NCBI RefSeq assembly: GCF_018350175.1
Contig: NC_058373.1
Span: 108,998,001 to 109,062,000, forward strand
Length of the DNA: 64,000 nucleotides
Direction: 5' to 3'
Origin: Felis catus
Taxonomy: Eukaryota
Every line of letters starts with the position of its first letter. Within the stretch, counting starts at the first letter, position 1. This document shows, in pieces, positions 40,354-52,756 of this stretch. Position numbers and translations under genes: made by a program. The notes under the pieces are model-generated. The model ran no database searches and had not been told where the DNA came from. It was given only the letters and a program-made list of their open reading frames with translations.

Positions 40354-41389
40354 CAGTGTTTCTCAATAAAAGGGTTATGATCACCAAATACCATGTGAGT
40401 ATGTGTGTGTGTGTGTGTGTCAGGGACAGGGCTTCCCCATGCATCCAACAATTCTACGACACCAGCTGGGTGTCCTACAATTCAACTCAATTCCAACACT
40501 ATCTACCTAGAGACTGCATCAGATTCCACAGCTTAAGGGCTCAGTCTCACAAGACTGTTGTCCACTGTAGGTGCCAATTGTTGCCTGTACGTCTGGTTGA
40601 CTAGCTATAAATCAACAGTTCCCATGACCTCCCCCTCAGATTCAATTAATTTGCTAGAGTGGCCCAGAGAACTCAGAGAAATATTTACTTATTACATTAC
40701 TGTTCTTTTTTATGAAAGGATATAACTCAGAAACAGTCAGATGGAAGAGATGCATAGGGCAAGGTATGAGGAAGGAGAGTGGACTTTCCTTCCATTCCCT
40801 CTCAAGACTTGCCATTCTCCCCACCTTCACCAACACAGAAGCTTTCTAAATGTAATCCTTTTGGTTTTTTAGGGAAGCTTCATTACCAATGCATGATTGA
40901 TTAAGTCATTGACCACTGGTGATAGAACTCAATCTCCAGCCTCTCTCCCCTCTCTGGAGGTTGGAGCTGAGACTAAAAGTTCCAGCCCTCTAATCACATG
41001 GTTTCCACTGGTAAACAGCCCCCATCCTTAGGTGTGGTCCAAAAGTCACCTCATTAACGTAACAAAAGGCACAGCCATTACTCTCATCACTTAAAAAAAT
41101 TCCAAGACTTTTAGAACCTGTGTGCCAGAAATGGGGACCAAAGCTAAATATATGTTTTTTATTATAAATCACAATATCATACTCAACCTCAGCACTATGG
41201 ATATATTGAGTTGGATAATTCCTTATTGTGGGGGTCATCCTTTGTAATGTAGGATGTAATTTAGCAGCATCCTTGGTCTCTACCTAGTAAACACCTATAG
41301 TGTTTCTGCCCCAGATAGACAACCAAAAAAGTCTCCAGAAATTGACAGATTTCCCCTGGGGTAAAATTGCCCTCAGTGGAGAACCAGTG
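40354..41389. mobile_element. MER20-like hAT DNA transposon split by an LTR (pieces 40354-40366 and 41182-41389)
   Basis: Termini cagtgtttctcaa / ggagaaccagtg; body ctcaacctcagcactatgg...tttagcagcatccttggtctctacc...acaaccaaaaaagtctccaga; 8 bp TSD-like ttctaaac / gtctaaat. Confidence 0.85.
40367..41181 (-). mobile_element. MER21-like solo LTR
   Basis: Minus strand begins tatgatattgtgatttataataaaaaacatatattt...ctggcacacaggttctaaaagtcttggaattt; perfect 5 bp TSD ctcaa at 40362-40366 and 41182-41186. Confidence 0.85.
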
Positions 41390-42979
41390 GTCTAAATGAT
41401 CAGTCCAAACTCATTGGAGTAGTGGAAAGATCATGTAGGAACTTAAAAAGTAGAATTTCTCTCACCATTGAATTGTCCAGGTAAGTATAATTTGTTGATA
41501 ACTAGAAAATGCAAAGTGAGTTGGCAAGTGAAAGCATTTGCAAGAGGGAAAGTATCATTTTTCCAGTTTTATTGCATCAATAAACTTCAACGTCTCAAAC
41601 AGTGAATGAGGGAAATGAATTTGTTCTAAGCATTCTAACTAAATAAAAAGGGACTGATACTACATCGGATGATTTCTATGCTAAACAATTTGCCTTTATT
41701 ATGAAATATTAGCAACACATCAAAAGAAAAATCCAAAATTTATACCGAATAAAATTTTATCAACGTATTTGACTACAAAGCCCCACAGATCATCATTTAT
41801 TTAAATATCAAAGTGAGAAGACATATAATGTGCTTATTTTGATGAACACTGTGAGTTGATAGACGTTAAAATTCTCTTTAATAAAGTGAATTAACATTTT
41901 GTTCTAATTACATCCTATTCACCAAGAAGGTTAAATGCAAAACACTAAACACTGGACAAATGAAATAGAGAGCAATCCACTAGTCACATATACTCATGGT
42001 CTGGCGGAGAAGCACTTCGCATACCATGCAGGGCCACACTGAAGTTACATTCAGGAAGAGAACAGACCGGCTGTCTGGGGAAGTCTTCAGAGTAGCAAAA
42101 GGGTAAGGTGACCCTTGGCTCTCACATGTGGATGTGCTTGGCTTCTTTGAAAAAACTCATGGGCTGTCAGGATCCTGTTAGGTTGAACACTGGGTGGAAT
42201 GCAGCTGTTGTGGCTGATGGCAAATTAGCCAGGTTCAGGAAAAGATTTTCCTGCTAGGGATGAGGTAGGGTAGGGGAGTGCTGCATATCTGCCAAGAACA
42301 AGGGAATTCATGATTAGATCACTAGGGCCCTGTGAGGCACAGAGTTATTAAGGCAGCACTGGGAGTTTTCGGACTTACAGTTCACATCTCAGACAGAAGT
42401 GATTTATGACATCTCAGTCATCCTGAGCACAAAGATAACACCAAGTAGTAGGCATATCTTTCCTACATGAGTTAGCTGTGTTAAAACTTTTCAGAACAGA
42501 AGTCTTAAAAGAATAGATCTGAACTACTCCAAGCATTCTTTCAAGACTTTTAATTGTAGCAACTGTGCTGGGCATGGTGTGTCCTTCTAAACCCTGTAAG
42601 GAGCTATAAAGGAAAAAGAAAACACAACCCTTTCCTTTAAGTGGTTCATGTCTATATGACCAGAGTGTCCTACACTTATCTCAGTGCTCCTGTGGGGCTT
42701 TTCCACAAATATCATTGTGCAAAGGGAAAAAACCAAGGTGATGCCATGAATTGCAATATTTCATATCTGTGAATAGGCGGACATACATGAAGGTGAATCT
42801 TAGAATTTTCTCCTGCCTAAGGACTAACATAAGACCAAACCTTGAAATTCTGTGATCAGGTGATAGTTTGAACCACTCAAGAGTCCTCCCCAAAATAATT
42901 TTAATATGTTTCATTTCTACAAATGCTGATATGAAAACCAGGTATCTAATGCATGTCCAGCAGTTACTTTGAGGCAAAG

Positions 42980-43150
42980 AAAACAGGACTTGGAGTCAGA
43001 AATCTGGGTTTGAAAACTTTTTCTGACATTCTAGTTATGCAAGCTTAGAAAAGGCTTTTAGTCACCCAGAGCCCGTGGCCTTGTCTGTCTATGGGCTTAT
43101 TGGGAGCATCTTATGTGAAAGTAACTAGAACTCTATCTGACAGATAATTC
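42980..43150 (+). mobile_element. MIR
   Basis: aaaacaggacttggagtcagaaatctgggtttgaa...ctagttatgcaagcttag...atgtgaaagt. Confidence 0.7.
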
Positions 43151-44478
43151 TACTTACCTGTGTATTCATCCATCCAACCATCCATCCATCCATCTATCCA
43201 TATACATACAATGTACAAATTAGTAAGAATCTTGGTTCTATATCAGTAACAATAGCAGCAGAAACACAACAATTGGAGTTCTATAAAAAGTACAAACATC
43301 CTGTCAGAGTTTAGATGGGAGGCTTGATGGGGATGATAAAATTGTTGGTATTGAATTTTGGTCTTGTGTTATGTTTAGCATAAACACTTTAAATTGTCAA
43401 CTCCAGCATTATTTTCTCACCTGTATCTAAATAAGTTGGGTGAGAGTGCTAAACTAATTCAACATCTAGAAACCTCTTTATTGCTTTAACATTAACTTTG
43501 AGAATTTATCTTACAGCTCTAAATCATAAATCAGGAAGAACTCTGAAACAGTACTTAATTCCTATCTGTGTAACAGAAATCTCATAAGATATCGATAACT
43601 GATTCTGAAAGTGAAAAATTCAAATAGTACTGCTTTCTTAAGAATTTCAGGTTAATGAAGCTAGGGCTATATTTATGATATAGCCTACATGTTACAGTCC
43701 TTTTTAAATGTTTTGTTTCTAGAAGTGGGGTGAGGCACAGGAGTGGGTATATGTAGTGTTTGTGCTTGCCTTTATGGTTGACAAGGAAATAAAAACACTC
43801 CAGCTGCTAGCCATGGCTGAACATACTATAATCATGTCCAATTTTCTCTATATATAAGTGAGAAAAATTTGGAACCTCACTGGGAGCTGGTGTCAATGTG
43901 TGTTATTAATATTTATGACTCCTTCTCAGTAAGTTCTGGAATCTATTCTTGACTCCTGGGAAAATCAATGGCAAATAAAAAGAGCCTCAAGTTTTGTGTA
44001 AGCCATTATGTTTTTCAAAGAACTTTCACTGCTATTATCTCATTTGATCTGGTCCCAACCTACTTTAGGCTACACAAAGAATAAAGTCTCCACTAGCAGA
44101 GGAAAGGAGGGAGGGAGGGGCTCCTGGCAACTCCACCAGCACAGAAGTGTCTTATTTGCTGCTCCTGTGCTGAAAGGCAGAACCCCTCCCTGCGCTCCCT
44201 CCTCTAAGACTACCTTTCAGAGGACTCAGTGGTGATTGCTGGATAACTTGCTCTAGTCCTCCCTTTTTTTCCATAGTCAGGCAGGGAGCCCCAGCAGTTT
44301 CAGGTCACCTGCAGGGTGTTTCTTCTCCTCCCCCTGCTTCAGGCCCAGTGACAAACTATAGGGAGCAGAAGACAGGCTATGTGTGCAGCAGTAAAAGAAT
44401 AAGGACTGAAAATCTCTTCCCCTCTCTCCTTGCCCGTGTTGTTAAGAGTTGGGGGGAGGGTGTTAAGAATAGAGACCG

Positions 44479-44737
44479 TGGTGGTGCCTAGGTGGCTCAG
44501 ACGTTAAGCATCAGGTCATGATCTCATGGTTTGTGAGTTCAAGTCCCACATCAGGTGAGTTCGCCCCGCTTCGGGTGAGCATGAGCCCCGCTTTGGGAGA
44601 ACACAAACCCCACATCGTAAAAACATGAACCCACTTAGGGTGAGCCCTGCTTCTCTCACTCTCCCCCCTCCCCATCTCTTTCTCTGCCCCTCACTCACAT
44701 GTGCCCAATCTCTCTCTCAAAAAAAAAAAAAAAAAAA
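44479..44737 (+). mobile_element. CanSINE variant with internal tandem ~20-23 bp repeats
   Basis: SINE head ggtgcctaggtggctcag...tcaggtcatgatctc, then repeated gtgagttc..ccc.c.tc.g units, a CT-rich region and an A19 tail. Confidence 0.9.
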
Positions 44738-45188
44738 GTGGAGGTCATGGAAATTTAAAGAAGGCGTGAGAGAGCTGAAATCCTTCCCTGTCTAATCCTG
44801 GATATTGTTCCTGGAATTCCTGCTAGGCAATAAATTAAATAGCTCAAATGTCATTAATATGAAGAATTTCAAGAGAATCGTGTTGGTTTTAAAACAGGAT
44901 ATTCACAGCTATGGGAGACAATCCAAAGGTCCACAATTTGGGTGCAGCTGAATTTGCTGCAACATCCTCTGTCATGGTCAGTGTGATCACCATATCATAC
45001 AATGAAGCAATATCTGTTAATGGGTTGAATGACTCCCGGTGAGGAAATGTTAGCACTTCTCCACCCACCACTCACCAGACTGAACGTTGTTATTTGTAAA
45101 CCGTGACCATAGACATTTATTTTCCCTTTTTATGGGAATAGTCCCAGTGGATTCTAAGAACCAAGAGGACTGTCCTCCCCAAAGACAT

Positions 45189-45189
<1 letters not shown>

Positions 45190-45235
<46 letters not shown>
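45190..45235. repeat. (CA)n microsatellite
   Basis: About 23 units. Confidence 0.97.
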
Positions 45236-45237
<2 letters not shown>

Positions 45238-45529
45238 GACTTAAGGTTGGACACTAGAAGAGAGTAGAATCAGATGAGATGGAAAGCAGTGATTGATGCA
45301 CCCACATGGGCCCACAGGAGAAAAGACACCCAGAAGTTCCAGTTTCTGTTCCTCACATAGTGATCTGGGGTGGTCTGCATCCAGCCAATCTTTTTTTTCA
45401 GTCTTCTTGACCTCTGACACAATTGTGCAGCTTTAGCCAGATACAACAAACTGATGATGTATTTAAATATGATTCTAAAACTTTAGGTGTACAGAGTATT
45501 GTGACTACATTATACTAAATAACAATCTT

Positions 45530-45744
45530 TTAAACATTTTTTTTAAACTTTATTTATTTTTGAGAGAGAGACAGAGCATGAGCGGGGGAGGGGCAGAGAG
45601 GGAGGAAGACACAGAATCCGAAGCAGGCTCCAGGCTCCAAGCTGTCAGCACAGAGCCCATTGCGGGGTTCGAACCCACCAACCATGAGACCATGACCTGA
45701 GCTGAAGTTGGACGCTTAACTGACTGAGCCACTCAGGGGCCCCC
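45530..45744 (-). mobile_element. CanSINE with TSD
   Basis: TSD taaataacaatctt at 45516-45529 and 45745-45758. Confidence 0.97.
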
Positions 45745-45967
45745 TAAATAACAATCTTAGTATCATATGGAGAGTACACTTTTTGTGAGATTCCGTTGTT
45801 TCAGGTTTTAAAAAAATGAAATAAAGGGCAAAGACCTTTATGTAAATAGCATAGTTGGACATACAGCTGTCCTTTCAGAAACACCCAGAGATGAGTCCAG
45901 CAACATCTTCAGTAGCAGTAGCTGAAATCCGTGTGTGTACACGTGTTGCTCTGTGGAAACCGCCTAC

Positions 45968-46110
45968 AGCAATGTAATATAGAGGAAGAAACACTGGACC
46001 TGGAATCAAGACAACTGAATCTTAGTCCAGCTCCTCTACCAACTGTACATAGAATTTTGGAGAATCACTTACCCTCTCCAGTTCTTAGTTTCTTCATTTC
46101 TCAAAATAGG
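45968..46110 (+). mobile_element. MIR
   Basis: ggaagaaacactggacctggaatcaagacaactgaatcttagtccagctc...tcacttaccctctc...agtttcttcatttctcaaaatagg. Confidence 0.8.
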
Positions 46111-46582
46111 TGTGCTGCTGATTCATTTCCAAAGTCTCTGCCATCTGTAAAATGCCTGTCAGTTCTAGATTGTTCACACAGGGTACATCGTTATTTAATC
46201 CAGTTAAAGCACATTGTGCTAACTTGCTTAGATTAAAAAAAAAAAAGATGGATCCGAGCTGATATAGGGAAACTGGGTGTTCTCAGTGATCTTAAAGAAA
46301 ACAAACCTTCCCTGATGGTTGGGAATAGAAGCATTTTGATGCAAGAATTCTTGACCAAAGGTTGGGGTCTCAAGCATCCATTTGCATCCATTCTGCATCA
46401 CACTCTCAGGAGAGAATAGCCCATGGCACAGAAATGTCTGTCTCCTCCTCCTTTTAATGGTATTTGGCACTTGAGTGTTTACTTATCCAAATCTGTAATA
46501 TGTTTTATCATGTTTGAAAGTTGGTATCTTTCTCAGTAGATGTATTATCACAGAATTTACAAGAAGGGATTGTAATTGATTG

Positions 46583-46584
<2 letters not shown>

Positions 46585-46632
<48 letters not shown>
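46585..46632. repeat. (TG)n microsatellite
   Basis: About 24 units. Confidence 0.97.
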
Positions 46633-46633
<1 letters not shown>

Positions 46634-46812
46634 TCTAAGGAAAGAAGAGGGGAAAAAAAGGCAAAACAGAGGTGTTAATTACCAATAATTTGTGTATTGA
46701 TCCATTTAATTATGTGTGATCTTCATATTCCTGACTTCTTTATAAACAACAGCTCACTCTAGAATCTATCCTCTATAAATACACTTTCATATATGCATAA
46801 CAAAGACAAAGT

Positions 46813-46818
46813 TTTATT
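46813..46818 (-). terminator. Candidate distal polyadenylation signal AATAAA
   Basis: Minus strand: AATAAAactttgtctttgttatgcatatatgaaagtgtatt, near the edge of a repeat-poor AT-rich block. Confidence 0.35.
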
Positions 46819-47505
46819 TAGTTGTCCTCTAATCAAAATGCTATATTGCACAGAGAAACAATAGATATAAATAACTCTTCAGTGATGTCCAAAAATCCAT
46901 CCCTTAAGCCTATGTTTCTTTAATTAGAAAAAATCTGCAGGCCTCATGTAACAGCCTTCCTATATTACGTATCTCGCTCTCGCCTTTTAATGCTTCAAGG
47001 GCTAGTGGCAAACTATGGATTTTCTAAAATATGGAAGCATTCAATTTTTCCATGGACATTCTAACCTTCTTAATTTCACAAACTGGGATAAACCCATAAT
47101 ATTAGGAAAATAATTATGTTTTTGATAAATTAAAAGAATTTAGAAATATAAAAAGAAATCCCAGTTTAAAATAAAAATTTCTTCAAAATTCTATCTAGTT
47201 TTTATCACTATCTTTAACAGAAAAGAGAAATCTTTTACTTTAAACAAATATACTGCAGGGGGTTACAATTTTAACTTCTGATGTGACACTAATTTTATTG
47301 CTTATAGCATTACAGTACAACTTATTACAGGAAAAATATTATAGATGTTTAAAATAATATTATCAAAGCTAATATATCAAAATTATTATCTCTGATTGCA
47401 TTGCTTCATATTTTTGTAATGGAGAGCTTCTCATTTATTAAACCAAATTCAAAACAATTATTTTCAACAAAGACACAATTCAAACAAGTTCCATAAAATG
47501 CACAT

Positions 47506-47511
47506 TTTATT
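47506..47511 (-). terminator. Candidate distal polyadenylation signal AATAAA
   Basis: Minus strand: AATAAAatgtgcattttatggaacttgtttgaattgtgtctttgttg, with a GU-rich downstream element. Confidence 0.35.
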
Positions 47512-49287
47512 CTGTATCATGAAAAAATATTCACATTTAAATAAAGTGTGAAAAAAAACCAAAATAATCCTCCCTGATGAAATACAGTTTATTGTGCTGA
47601 AACCCAGAATTCTTTTGGGTTAGAATCTTCCACCTGCCAATTCACTTTTTAAAATGATTATTTCTTGTGAACAAATTTTAAATAAAGTGATAATCATCAC
47701 AAATCTCCCAGAAGCAATCAAATTTTGATCCCAAGTGTTCCAGAATTGACCCTAAAGTCAAAGTTAAAATATTTTCACACACTCTCTCAGCAATCAGGTA
47801 ATAGGCCAACAGGACCTACAAAATTTCTATATTACACATTGCAATACCTTTCTTTAAGTAGAAAGAAATGATCTGCTAGGCATGGATTATATTTTTAAAA
47901 GAGCAAACAAGTACTACTTAGCATAATGATGTTAAAAATATCACATGAAGTTTTTGCATTGTTTTCTTGGCCAATACACGAATCAGTTGTCTCCAGTAAA
48001 TTAACCCTTATAGGTAGAGGCATTTTTAATACCCCAACTCCCATCAATATGGTTGCAGTGGCAAAGACATTTATGAATTTTCAAAAATAATTTCCAATAG
48101 AAACATCAGTGTTATAGTAATTTGCATTATAACATATACAATGCTGCAACTGAAGTAAACAAAGTCACTAGAACATAGAATCAAAAGAAATCTATGGTTT
48201 TCAATATATCATAAGTATGTACATTTTGATTTGTGTTCTGTGAGTACCAACCAATTCTAAGAGTCTCTGCTTTTTCAATAAATTTCAGTGAATGTTTCAG
48301 GGTAGAAATGATGCTAAATTGGTTTCCAACTTCAATGTTGTAACAATCATATTGTTCCTCATATGAAATGCATGTTCTGTCTTGCTTTAACTGTGAATGG
48401 GTTCTAGGGTGGAAGATGTCCGTGCTGCCAACCAAAACAAGATGTAAGTGAATACTGTATTTATAACCTCTGAAAAAGAATCTCAAGAATCACATGAAAA
48501 CCTTCCCACAGACATCAAAAAAACAATTCTTGCCACTATTTTTCTAAATATGAAATATATTAAGTAATCTTGATTTTAAATGAAACTACATTTGGCTTTT
48601 GTATGAACTGACAATGCATGCTTATGACATAGCATACCAATATTAAAGACTCAAGTCTATCAAACTTTCTTTGACATGGAATTCAAAATGAATCTATATT
48701 GTGATTTTGCATAGTTTGCTAGCTATTCTTCTTGTTTACTCATTCTTGGCCTCATCAGGAATAGTTCCCATCATACTCTGAAAAAAATTGAGGAGCCAAT
48801 GAGGGATCCTTGACACCAAGAGCTCTGTGATCAACAATAATCTTTGTTGCTTTAGTCACAGAGTCCAATCTCCCGAATTCAGTAGAGGAGGAGAGGGTTC
48901 AGCTTCATGTTATCAAAGATGACTTAGCAGAGAAGGAGGACAAAATATTTGACAATGAATTACTTAAATTAGTTATTGTGAATACTAACTCTGGCTTATT
49001 CAGGCACAGTGTGGATATTTTGGCCTTGACTTGTCTGGTCATTCAACAGTCAGTGATTCTGCGTGAAGGAAAGAGTGGTCAGACTCTCTTGGCTTTATCC
49101 CATGACATATAGATTAACTATGCCAAGTGTTTATGAGACTGGGCTTCTAGGTCAGAACCAGAGGTAAACTTGGTTGGTAGGGGAGCCCTCAATTACATTT
49201 TTTTTAATGCCAAATATTTGATGAGCTTTCAAAATGCTTCCTAATGTTTCATTAAAATCTTAATAGTGGTTATAACAATGTGTTATC

Positions 49288-49333
<46 letters not shown>
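49288..49333. repeat. (TAGA)n tetranucleotide microsatellite
   Basis: About 11 perfect units. Confidence 0.97.
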
Positions 49334-50378
49334 CTATTAAAAAGCATCACACGCACACAGAAAACCCATGATGAGGAAGCAACTACTAGCCCTACTTTTC
49401 TATTTCTTTTCCTCAGTTGTTCTCTGACCAAGTACCTTCATTCAGATGTAGTACAAGTCATGACCTCATTTAAATAATAATGCAGTGATAACATAAAAGT
49501 CAAGGATGAAAGTGAGCTAACTATAAAAGGCTTTGGATACTATCACTGGGGTCCTCTACAATTGTTATGAAACAAGTAAAATGGTCTTTTCCGTGGTTAC
49601 CTCTAGCTCTGTTATCATCAAAGAGAAATAAGATGGTTTGAGCTAAGGATCCCCAGAATGTAATGCTGTAATACCTTGTTTCTTCTTATCTCAACACATT
49701 AGCTTCAAAAAAAAATCTCAGAAGGTAGGACAAATAAATCACCTTCAGAAAATTAACATTTTTTTTCATTAGAGAAAATTATTTATACTTTCTAAAGCAA
49801 ATATACATACAAGAGGCCTATTAAACTTGGAAGTAATACAAATTGCCATTCTAAACAGAAATAGTTCATTTGGATAATGCATTTAATAGTGGTTTGGCCA
49901 AGAAGGCAACATCAGTATAATCAATAAAAAGATCTGCATAATCCACTTAAAACTTAGTGGATCAAAAAATAAATTTTAAAAATAAAATCTTTCTGGAGTT
50001 TCATCTAAATTCCAATATTAAAATGGAGAAAAAATAATAGAAAAAATCCTGAATGTCTCTTGCTTTCCTTGACTATCATGCATTACCTCTTTAGGTTAAA
50101 ATTCACTTGGAAAAGAAAGTGTTAGTACCAGTGACCACAACTTGCCTCTTACTTGTTACTGCATTTGGCAATTTACCTTTACAGATGCCTTTCGATTGCT
50201 GAAGAAGTAAAGGAAAATTCCACTTGTGATGGGGCACCTTGTGCTTATAACAATTAGGACTTCAACCGCTGTCATTTACTTTGACCTACCATGAAAAATC
50301 AGATATTTACTTTTATGTTACAGAGTGACATTTCTGGAAGTTATTTTAATCTCAGGAGCCTTTAAAAGTACATGTCTT

Positions 50379-50611
50379 GGGGTGCCTGGGTGGCTCAGTC
50401 GGTTAAGCGGCCGACTTTGGCTCAGGTCATGATTTCATCATTTGTGGATTCGAGCCCCGTGTCGGGCTCTGCTGACAGCTCAGAGCCTGGAGCCTGCTTC
50501 GGATTCTGTGTCTCCCACTCTTTCTGCCCCTCCCCTGCTCACGCTCTGTCTCTCTGTCAATACTGAATAAAAGAGCTAGAAAAAAATTTAACAAAAAAAT
50601 AAAAAATAAAA
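50379..50611 (+). mobile_element. CanSINE with TSD
   Basis: TSD taaaagt(a/g)catgtctt at 50363-50378 and 50612-50627. Confidence 0.97.
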
Positions 50612-50740
50612 TAAAAGTGCATGTCTTGAAAAGCTTGGAATTTGTGGTTGGACCAGATGGCCCTGTCAGTAGTCTATAAAATGAATTTTTCTCTCTAAAG
50701 TCTTCCTGCCTGTTTTAGAATTTCACCTTTATCACTTACT

Positions 50741-50977
50741 GGGGCCCCTGGGTGGCTCAGTCAGGTAAGCATCTGACTTCAGCTCAGGTCATGATCTCAC
50801 AGTTTGTAAGTTTGAGCCCCGCATCAGGCTCTGTGCTGACAGCTCAGAGCCTGGAGCCTGCTTCGGATTCTGTGTTTCCCTCTCTCTCTGCCCCACCCCT
50901 GCTTGCACTCTGTCTCTCTCTGTCTCTTGAAAATGAATAAACATTAAGGAAATTAAAAAAAACTTTAAAAATAAAAA
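50741..50977 (+). mobile_element. CanSINE with long TSD, apparently inserted into a MIR
   Basis: TSD agaatttcaccttta(t/c)cactta at 50717-50738 and 50978-50999; MIR-like sequence continues at 51000-51125. Confidence 0.97.
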
Positions 50978-51368
50978 AGAATTTCACCTTTACCACTTAA
51001 TAGCTAGGCTATCCTGACAAGTTCCTTATCTGTTACTTCTTAGGATTGTTGCAAAAATTAAATGTGAGATTCGAAATAAAATGTTTAGCACAGCATAAAC
51101 AGGGAATGAACACTCAATAAATATGAGCCAAATCAACTTATATAACTTCTAAGCCTGAAGCTAAAGAAACAGATAGATTCTACTCAGTCTGCTCTCATCC
51201 TTTGCCTTTATCATTTTCCTGATTCCCAGTCCAAATCTCAATGGTCTTGACCTTCATGAAGCATGCAAACATACTCTCATCATGAAAATCAAGAGATAGA
51301 AAATCTCAAGTTAGGATACAGACTAACACTCTTACAACATCTGGCATATAATAGGAATTAAAAAATTC

Positions 51369-51417
51369 TGGGTCGGTTGAGCATCCAAGTCTTGATTTTG
51401 ATTCAGGTCATGATCCA
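51369..51417 (+). mobile_element. Short CanSINE head fragment
   Basis: gtcggttgagcatccaagtcttgattttgattcaggtcatgatcc. Confidence 0.7.
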
Positions 51418-52179
51418 AATTCTAGCTCACGTCTCATTTCCCTACATCACATGACTCAAAATTTTAATTATAATGTAGGGCCAATTACAAATTTTAGTAC
51501 TATCTAAATATGTCAACATAAATGTTTACCTATTTTCTCTTAATTTCTCAAACATTCTCAAACTTCACCGTGCCGTTTAATAAATTTAAATACTCTACAA
51601 AGAATGAATTAACTACCTTGCTCTATAGAAGAAGATGATTTGTTTGGTTCTGTGTGTTTGTGCATACCCTCAAGTGTTTTGAAGGACAAGAAAGACATGG
51701 TAATAAAACTCCATACTTTGTCACTGGCCTTTGGACTTGGATAGGAGATATTTTCTGCCCTCAGTGGATGGCTGAGAACCAATTATTTTACAGAAAATGC
51801 TTTGAAGATTAAACTCATTAGTAATACTGAACATTGACACTGTTTAACAACTTGATTTGTGTGATATAATTTTGTTAATAAAGAATGTTCATTTTTTTAG
51901 TGCTTCTCATCTTCGCATACGTTATGACCCCAAACAGATTTTCACTATAACTTTTGGAAATATTATATTACCACATGTGAGAATTATAAATTAAATTGTG
52001 ATCATTATAAGTTAAATTCCTCCATCATGAAAACAAAGAACAAATTTATAATTATATAAATGTTTATCTTCATTATTTCCAATGTAGAAAAAGACCTAGG
52101 GTCAAAGAAGAAATTTTATTTTTAAGTCTGATTTTTTTTTAGTAGTTTTGGGGAGAAAAGTATCAAGAATGGAAAATAA

Positions 52180-52392
52180 GGGGCGCCTGGGTGGCGCAGT
52201 CGGTTAAGCGTCCAACTTCAGCCAGGTCACGATCTCGCGGTCCGTGAGTTTGAGCCCCACGTCAGGCTCTGGGCTGATGGCTCGGAGCCTGGAGCCTGTT
52301 TCCGATTCTGTGTCTCCCTCTCTCTCTGCCCCTCCCCCGTTCATGCTCTGTCTCTCTCTGTCCCAAAAATAAATAAACGTTGAAAAAAAAAA
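52180..52392 (+). mobile_element. Young felid SINE (SINEC_Fc) with perfect TSD
   Basis: TSD aagaatggaaaataa at 52165-52179 and 52393-52407; CpG-rich body. Confidence 0.98.
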
Positions 52393-52756
52393 AAGAATGG
52401 AAAATAAAACCAGCAAAATACAGAGTAAGCATTTTATCCTAACATAAGAAAAGTATATTGGTTTGTAATCTTAAACATACTGAATAACTCACATTGCCAG
52501 GAAGAGAATCACTAGCCATGTCATTATTTTTATCATCTAAATCTCCAGTTCTAGAAAATTCTAAATGAGACAAGTTGGATAAGACCCAGGAGGTAAAACA
52601 CTTGTAAATTTGTGGAAAAGTGAATAGATACCTTTGCAGAGAAAATAAAGAGGGCGGGGGGGGGGGGTGGTGATGGGCAAATGCCAAAGTATTACTAATA
52701 TTAATTAAGCTTGTGAGTAATGATTGTGTGAAAATAAAGTTTAAGGAAAATATTTT

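Noticed and set aside
1637..52416. Recurrent ORFs of the type MAQLVK..TSAQVMIS..SVLTAQSLEP
   Set aside because: Translations of CanSINE copies, not a gene family.
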